Shown here: piece after piece, positions 55,950 through 64,000 of the stretch
Layout of the letters: every line of letters begins with the position of its first letter
How positions within the stretch are numbered: the stretch's first letter is position 1
Assembly: GCA_964016885.1 (NCBI GenBank)
Contig: OZ024763.1
Location: forward strand, 28,272,001 to 28,336,000
Direction: 5' to 3'
DNA: 64,000 bases
Source: Eledone cirrhosa
Lineage: Eukaryota
Translations under genes and position numbers: made by a program
Notes under the pieces: generated by a model
Told to the model about the DNA's origin: nothing
What the model saw: only the letters and a program-made list of their open reading frames with translations
Databases searched by the model: none

Positions 55950-56072
55950 ATTGCAGCATAGAGTTACGGCTGGCCCTTTATGGTCTGAGTTCAAATCCCA
56001 CCGAGGTTAAATTTGCCTTTCATTTTTACGGGTTCCATAAAATAAAGTACCAGTAATGCACTGGTATAATTG
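55950..56072 (+). mobile_element. Partial SINE
   Basis: GCAGCATAGAGTTACGGC...GAGTTCAAATCCCACCGAGGTT...AAATAAAGTACCAGTAATGCACTGG. Confidence 0.8.
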
Positions 56073-56397
56073 TATATATATATATATACTGGGGCCTCGT
56101 TTGCCTTACAAATGTGAGAAGGACAATCCAACATTTGTTGATTCTTAAAGGAGCATGTTAGTATTGATTATGGTCCCTCTCCTGGACCCTATCACAAGTA
56201 AAATTTTACACTAATTAAATTTGATATATTCAAATGAAGTTCAGATATAAAAAAAAATAAGCTTAAAAAGAATTTATTATATCAAATAATAAACAAAAAA
56301 TAAAACATAGACATTTGAAAAGTGTGTGCGTGTGGGTGGTGGATGAGAAGGGATGGGGGGGTGTTTGTCCCCTGGTACCCCCCTGAAACAAGGCCCT

Positions 56398-56455
<58 letters not shown>

Positions 56456-56514
56456 CTATGTATTTATATAATATATAGCTATATATATATATATAGCTAT
56501 ATATATATATATAA

Positions 56515-56549
<35 letters not shown>

Positions 56550-56550
56550 A

Positions 56551-56895
<345 letters not shown>

Positions 56896-57730
56896 ATAAA
56901 ATAACAGGAGGCTAGACTGGTGTAAATGCTTGAAAGGTTTATTATACTATGATCAATTCAATGACCGGGTTCAGTATGAATCCGGTGACATCATCAGGTA
57001 TTCAAAATATAAAAAAGGAATATAACAGATAAAATCCAAGAGGCTGAAAAAACCACCGACGACTACAGACCCCGGCCAACCCTCCCTAACCACGTGTCAT
57101 TCGTTCCGAGTAATATCGTCTAGCGAAAGAAATGGAGATTAATTTTTCCGAGCACTCCAGGAATGTAACTGTCTTAGGCGTCGGGTGTGTTAGGGGTAGG
57201 TCCGCCATCGCCGTCTGGCCATCGTAACTACCAAACGATTACTAGTAAATCACACCGGAGGGGGATTTAGTTACGTGCTAGTAGAAGGAGGCATGATACA
57301 GCTAATAGTTATGATTAAGCCTAGAATTTAAAGGTACTATTTGGGGGTCAAAGCCGGCGGCGCGGCGGGTTCCAAGTCCGACGGGGCCCCGGGGCGAAGC
57401 AGCCGTTCCGAGTAATTTCGTTTACCGAAAGAAGAGGAAATTTATTTTTCCAAGCACTCAACGAAGGCTTATCTACCCGAGCGCCTGGCGTGTAGTCGGG
57501 AAGTCCGCCACCGCCGTCTGGCCATCGTATATACCAAACGATTACTAGTAAATAATTAACTCCGTACTCGCACCACCAACTACACTAACGAAGACGGGTG
57601 AGTTCCATTACGTCGAGTGCTCTCCATAATATTACAACGAGGTTGACCATATGGAATGACCAGCTCTATCCAGTGGTGAACCATCAAACCTAAATAAAAA
57701 TGCTCCAGAAATGTCGAGCGCTTTCAGATG

Positions 57731-58310
57731 TAATAATTGTTTCTACTTTAGGCACAAGGCCAGCAATTACTCAGTGCATTACTGGTACTTTATTTTATCG
57801 ACCCCGTAAGGATGAAAAGCAAAGTCAACCTCGGCGGGATTTGAACTCAGATCGTAAAGGGACGTAACTATGCTGGAAAGCATGGCGTCCGACCCTCTAC
57901 CGATACTGCCAATCCACCGCCATATGTAATAATTGTTTCTACTTTTGGCACAAGGCCAGCAATTTACCAGTGCATTACTGGTACTTTATTTTATCGACCC
58001 TGTAAGGATGAAAGGCAAAGTTAACCTTGGCGGGATTTGAACTCAGATCGTAAAGGGACGTAACTATGCTGGAAAGCATGGCGTCCGACCCTCTACCGAT
58101 ACTGCCAATCCACCGCCATATGTAATAATTGTTTCTACTTTTGGCACAAGGCCAGCAATTAGCCAGTGCATTACTGGTACTTTATTTTATCGACCCCGTA
58201 AGGATGAAAGGCAAAGTTAACCTCGGCGGGATTTGAACTCAGATCGTAAAGGGACGTAACTATGCTGGAAAGCATGTCCGACCCTCTACCGATAATGCCA
58301 ATCCACCACC
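57731..58310 (-). mobile_element. Three head-to-tail full-length SINEs (period 196 bp)
   Basis: Units start at 57731, 57927 and 58123; near-identical; ATATG linker. Confidence 0.93.
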
Positions 58311-60082
58311 TTATATAATAATGAACAGCGGCATTGACTTCAGTGTACTGCTATCGCCAGCATGGGATTAACTAATCTACACACCATTCGGATTTGGGCT
58401 GCTCTGAGCTTTGTCTACTGCCCACCTGGTCCACTGTTGCTTCCATGTCGGGAATATTCAGACTCCGACAGACCTCATAGATTCCTCAAAAAATTCTACG
58501 TATTATACTATAACTCGTATTGTATTGACAGAATTCTCCTTCCTATACTTCAGGGCCTTTGAGATTCACATTGAATATTAAGACTCGAACATACACTAGG
58601 TATCACCTGATACCATTCCATCTCTTTCATCCTCTATATCTATATGTATAACCTTGTATTATCAAACTGCACCTTCATCTATATTGTATTTCCCTTGTGT
58701 TTTGATTTCTCCGATATGTTATTATATACTTCCGTTTTACTCCATGCATCACCACCCGAGTTATGACGGCATTTTATTTATGTATTTTATTTATGTATTT
58801 TGCTTATTATTCCTTTTATTTATGTATTTATTTACTCGCTTTACTCTCATTATATACTTATCATTGTGCTCATTAGCACACGATAAGAATATTACTCTCT
58901 GTACCCTATATCTGTTTATCTTTATCCACTCCCCATACCCACCCAAGAACCGCACTACATATAACCCGGACCAACTGGGGGACTAAATATAGTCTATTTG
59001 CGCATTTCATCGGGTTTTACCACTTTCAACCTCCCATCACGGGTGTGAATATATAATAATCGTTTGGTAACACGCGATGATCCGACGGATGTGGCGGCTT
59101 TCCCGACTACACGCCGGGCGCTCGGGTAGATAAGCCTTCGTTGAGTGCTTGGAAATATAAATTTCCCCTTCTTTCGGTAAACCAAATTACTCGGAACGGC
59201 TGCTTCGCCCCGGGGCCCCGTCGGTCGGACTTGGAACCCGCTACGCCGCCGGCTTTGACCGCCAAATAGTACCTTTAAATTCTAGGCTTAATCATAACTA
59301 TTAGCTGTATCATGCCTCCTTCTACTAGCACGTAACTAAACCCCCCCCCCCCCCCCGGTGTGATTTACTTGTAATCGTTTGGTATATACGATGGCCAGAC
59401 GGCGGTGGCGGACCTACCGCTAACACACCCGACGCCTAAGACAGTTACATTCCTGGAGTGCTCGCAAAAATTAATTTCCATTTCTTTCGCTAGACGATAT
59501 TACTCGGAACGACTGACACGTGGTTAGGGAGGGTTGGCCGGGGTCTGCAGTCGTCGCCGGTTATTGACCGCTATACAAGGGCTTAATCTTTACTCGATAT
59601 CCTATCCTGAAAACTTATCGTGACTATCTATAATACACTTAAACCTTTTCATAAAAGCCTCTTTCTGTAAATTCTTTAACTAAATATCACAACCCAAACC
59701 TTAAACCTTATTTTTCTAATTTCATCCTATAACTCTAAACATAAGTTTAACGTTCCTAATTGTTAACCGAAATGTCTGTCCACACATTATACCATACAGA
59801 CACCCACTATATATGTCTTTGGAAAAAACATTTTTCGCGGCAATTTCTAGCACGCATGATCAGCCTGATTGAGGCATGACCTCAACGCTGATATTTCTCT
59901 TTGACGGGGAGGTAGTAGCACATTCTAAGCTTGCGCCCCCTCACCAGATGGTCATAAGTAGACTTAATAATCAACACTTGAGGGCGGCCGACTGAGGTAG
60001 AAGCTGCTAAATAGTCGGTCGTCCTCTTATCTCTGATTTTCAGCCCCATGGATTTTATCTGCTATATTCCTTTGTTATATAT

Positions 60083-60186
60083 TTGTTTCTACTTTAGGCA
60101 CAAGGCCAGCAATAACCCAGTTCATTACTGGTACTTTATTTTATCGACCCCGTAAGGATGAAAGGCAAAGTCAACCTCGGCGGGAT
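60083..60186 (-). mobile_element. 5'-truncated SINE inserted into repeat A'
   Basis: SINE 3' half interrupts sequence that is contiguous in copy A at about 56990-57010. Confidence 0.85.
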
Positions 60187-60585
60187 GATGTCACCGGATT
60201 CATACTGAACCCGGTCATTGAAATCATCATAGTATAATAAACCTTTCAAGGATTTACACCAGTCCAGCCTCCTGTTATTTTATAATAATTAACTCCGTAC
60301 TCGCACCACCAACTACACTAACGAAGACGTGTGAGTTGCATTACTTTGAGTGCTCTCCATAATATTACATCGAGGTTGACCATACGGAATGACCAGTTCT
60401 ATCCAGTGGTGAACCAACAAACCTAAATATATATATAACGAAGGAGGTGTGGTAGAAGAAAGAGATAGAGAGAGACCGAAAGAGATAGACGGATAGATAG
60501 AAAGATATTGAGAGAGAGAAAGAGAGAGAGAGAGGGAGAGAGAGAAAGAAATAGAGAGAAAGAAAGAAAGAAAGAACGATAGGGG

Positions 60586-60617
<32 letters not shown>

Positions 60618-61080
60618 CCGAAAGTGATAGATGGATAGATAGAAAGAGATTGAGAGAGCGAGAGAGAGAGAGAGAGAGAGAAAGAAACAAAGGGAGAAAG
60701 ATAGGGAAATATTACATAAATACATAGGTACGTTCAAATCTTGTTATTTGCTGTTGTTTTCCGTTCGTTTTAACATTCAATATAGAAAAGTTAGCACGCC
60801 ATAGCGACATCAGAAAAACGCGGTCAATACCACCACCACCATCACCAACACCAACAACACCATCATCACCATCACCACCACCACCTACCCAGTCCTTAGC
60901 ACACCTTGCACTGCACATTACAATATTACAACATTTCTACACGGGTACAATTAAGAGAGAGAGAGAGAGAGAGAGCGAGAGATGAAGAGAGAAAGAGATG
61001 GAGAGGGAAGGCGATGGTGAGAGAATGAGGAATAGATAAATAAATAGAGAGAGGGAGTCAGGGAAAGGCGGATAAAGAGG

Positions 61081-61144
<64 letters not shown>

Positions 61145-61721
61145 AAAAATAGAGAGAAAGAAAGAAAGAGAGTGAAAGAAAGAAAGAAAGAGATAGAGAG
61201 ACCGAAAGTGATAGATTGATAGATGGAGTGATAGAAAGAGATTGAGAGAGAAAGAGAGAGAGAGAGAAATAAGAAATAGAAAGAAAGAAAGAACGAAAGA
61301 AAGAGAGAAAGATAGGGAAAGAAAAGAGAAAAGAAAAGAGAAAAGAAAAGAGAAAAGAAAAAAGAGAAAAGAGAAAAGACACCCCATTAATGCCAAACCT
61401 CTTCGTTGTAGACATTCCAGAATCCCAGAATCCAACAAAATCCCATTTCTGCCAAAGCGTTTTCAAAAGAAACTTATTCAACCATTCACCAAAGACCCAT
61501 CCTAGTATTGGTGAATAAAGCGACTGGAGCCAGTTCTTTGAATAGAATTATCGCCAAAGTTCATACTCCCTTCAACTAATTTACTTACCAGTAACAAAAA
61601 CACCTGCAGAAACTGAAAGCCATCTTGTGGACAATGGCAGTGAGTCCTGGATATAGAAAAAGACACGATGGATACGCCTGAATGCCCTTTTCGTCAGAGG
61701 TCAGCTCGTTTATGGCTGACC

Positions 61722-62563
61722 TGGGGCTAAACTGCAACAGCCACACAGCAACTCCAAACAACAACAACAGCAGCAACAGCAACAGCAATAACAATAATAA
61801 CGACGACGACGACGACCATAACAATGTCAACAACAACATCTACAAGGAGAGAAAGAGGGGCTAAACTACAACAGCCACACAGCAACTCCAAACAACAACA
61901 ACAGCAACAGCAACAGCAATAACAATAATTGTTTCTACTTTAGGCACAAGGCCAGCAATTACCCAGTGCATTACTGGTACTTTATTCTATCGACCCCGTA
62001 AGGATGAAAGGCAAAGTTAACCTCGGCAGGATTTGAACTCAGATCAGAAAGGGGCGTAACTCTGTGCTACAAAGCGTGTTGTCCGACCCTCTACCGATAC
62101 TGCCAAACTACCAATGACGACGACGACCATAACAATGTCAACAACAACATCTACAAGGAGAGAAAGAGGGGCTAAACTACAACAGCCACACAGCAACTCC
62201 AAACAACAACAACAGCAACAGCAACAACAGCAACAATAACAATGACGACGACCATAACAATGTCAACAACAACATCTACAAGGAGAGAAAGAGGGGCTAA
62301 ACTACAACAGCCACACAGCAACTCCAAACAACAACAACAGCAACAGCAACAACAGCAACAATAACAATGACGACGACCATAACAATGTCAACAACAACAT
62401 CTACAAGGAGAGAAAGAGGGGCTAAACTACAACAGCCACACAGCAACTCCAAACAACAACAACAGCAACAGCAACAGCAATAACAATAATTGTTTCTACT
62501 TTAGGCACAAGGCCAGCAATTACCCAGTGCATTACTGGTACTTTATTTTATCGACCCCGTAAG
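61722..62563. repeat. ~122-bp CAA-rich tandem units with embedded SINEs (61924-62106 full, 62486-62563 partial; minus strand)
   Basis: GGGGCTAAACTACAACAGCCACACAGCAACTCC...CATCTACAAGGAGAGAAAGA repeats 5 times; the SINE-unit junction is duplicated. Confidence 0.9.
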
Positions 62564-63109
62564 GGTATGTATGTATGTATATATGCAAAAAATAAACAAA
62601 AACAACAAAGCAAACGACACAGTACAATGAAGAAATATGTAATTAGTTTTAATTATTAATTTTGAATAATAAAAAAAAAAAATTCTGACCGCGTATGTTC
62701 GAATCCGTATCAATTGGAACCGCGTGAGATGAGGGCACACGGTGACATTGATAGTATTGATAATAGTATATCGAACACACTAGTGAATTGTTATTGGAAA
62801 ATACATCTAGAGGTAATTTGAGAAACGGGCACCTGCGTGTGTGTCTGTGTGAGTGCGTACCAATGTGTTTGTGTGTATGTGTGTATGTGTCAGAGTACAT
62901 ATGCATGTATGCGTTTGAACTATTTGGTATATGTGTCTGTGTGTATGCGTGTCCTTGAGAGTATATACGTGTGGTTGTGTGTGAGTGAGTGTGTGTGTGT
63001 CCATGAGTGAATGAGTGTATGTATCCTTGAGTCTGTGTGTATGTATATGTGTGTGTATGACTGAGTGTATGTATGTATCATGAATGTGTGTGTGTGTGAG
63101 TGAGTGTGG

Positions 63110-63163
<54 letters not shown>

Positions 63164-63184
63164 ATGCATGAGTGAGTGAGTGTG

Positions 63185-63247
63185 TGTGTCCTTGACAGTG
63201 TGTGTGTGTATCATGAATGTGTGTGTGTGTGAGTGAGTGAGTGTGGT

Positions 63248-63278
<31 letters not shown>

Positions 63279-63670
63279 ATGCATGAGTGAGTGAGTGTGT
63301 GTGTCCTTGACAGTGTGTGTGTGTGTGCGTGTTTCCTAGAAAGTGTGTGTGTGTGTGTGTGTTTCCTTGACAGTGTGTGTGTGTGTGTGTTTCCTTGACA
63401 GTGTGTGTGTGTGTGTGTGTGTGTGTTTCCTTGACAGTGTGTGTGTGTGTGTGTGTGTTTCCTTGACAGTGTGTGTGTGTGTGTATGTGTTTCCTTGACA
63501 GTGTGTGTGTGTGTGTGTGTGTTCCTTGACAGTGTGTGTGTGTGTTTCCTTGACAGTGTGTGTGTGTGTGTGTTTCCTTGACAGTGTGTGTGTGTGTGTG
63601 TGTGTGTGTTTCCTTGACAGTGTGTGTGTGTATGTGTGTGTTTCCTTGACAGTGTGTGTGTGTGTGTGTT
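63185..63670. repeat. Minisatellite TTTCCTTGACA(GT)n
   Basis: About 13 copies of a constant core with variable GT spacer. Confidence 0.93.
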
Positions 63671-63822
63671 TACTTATGCACCAGATAGTGAAGGTTATAC
63701 AATACCTTGAAGTGTGTTATTGTAACACTAGGATCTCATGTTACAATATATATATACACACACACATGCATGTGTGTATATATATATACGCACACACATG
63801 TATGTATATATATATATATACA

Positions 63823-63856
<34 letters not shown>

Positions 63857-63921
63857 CGCACACACATGTATATATATATATATACACACACATGCATACG
63901 TGTATATATATACGCACACGC

Positions 63922-63960
<39 letters not shown>

Positions 63961-64000
63961 GGCATGTGTGAATATATATATGCACACACGTGTATATATA

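Larger units (their letters stand above)
56896..60429 (+). mobile_element. Composite non-coding element with direct and inverted terminal copies (Penelope-like layout)
   Basis: A (56896-57051) and B (57057-57545) are inverted copies of A' (60036-60283, split by a SINE piece) and B' (59057-59556). C (57552-57696) is directly repeated at 60284-60429. A carries CTGATGA..GAACCCGGTC and AATAAA on the minus strand. Confidence 0.7.

Noticed and set aside
59120-59500. FxECxxxxISxSF peptides in repeat B resembling the N-terminus of Penelope ORFs
   Set aside because: Short, interrupted by stops and spaced differently from the remembered motif; insufficient for a coding call.
61589-61646. 58-nt minus-strand exon candidate (TTTTTCTATATCCAG ... 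CTG|GTAAGT)
   Set aside because: Splice-like signals are good, but the acceptor side lies in repeat-derived sequence (similar to 37925-38000) and no frame gives a recognisable protein; unsupported without transcripts.

Overview
Repeat-saturated eukaryotic DNA with a 200-N assembly gap at 6901-7100. The SINE repertoire suggests an octopod cephalopod (inference from remembered motifs, not a database search). Most of the window is micro- and minisatellite, so nearly all ORFs in the track are low-complexity artefacts. The only plausible host-gene piece is a minus-strand exon at 8816-8906 encoding a signal peptide and ending in GTAAGT. Also present are many tRNA-derived SINEs (two head-to-tail triplets, one CORE-type), Tc1/mariner-type MITE or TIR remnants, and a 3' fragment of an L1/Tx1-like LINE sitting in (TATC)n. 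The main observation is that the short 'unique' islands between (TA)n tracts repeatedly contain type I hammerhead ribozyme folds (stem I-CUGANGA-stem II-GAAA-stem III-UH-stem I'). About a dozen full or near-full folds from several unrelated sequence families were found by eye. They include U3-A8 core variants, long or branched stem II, palindromic stem III and cross-copy covariation. Several share one layout: fold-back palindrome, hammerhead, short 3' tail (sometimes with AATAAA), then (TA)n. This points to a diverse community of tiny non-autonomous Penelope-like or retrozyme-like elements, plus one 3.5-kb composite with direct and inverted terminal copies. All folds are manual and none has been tested for cleavage.
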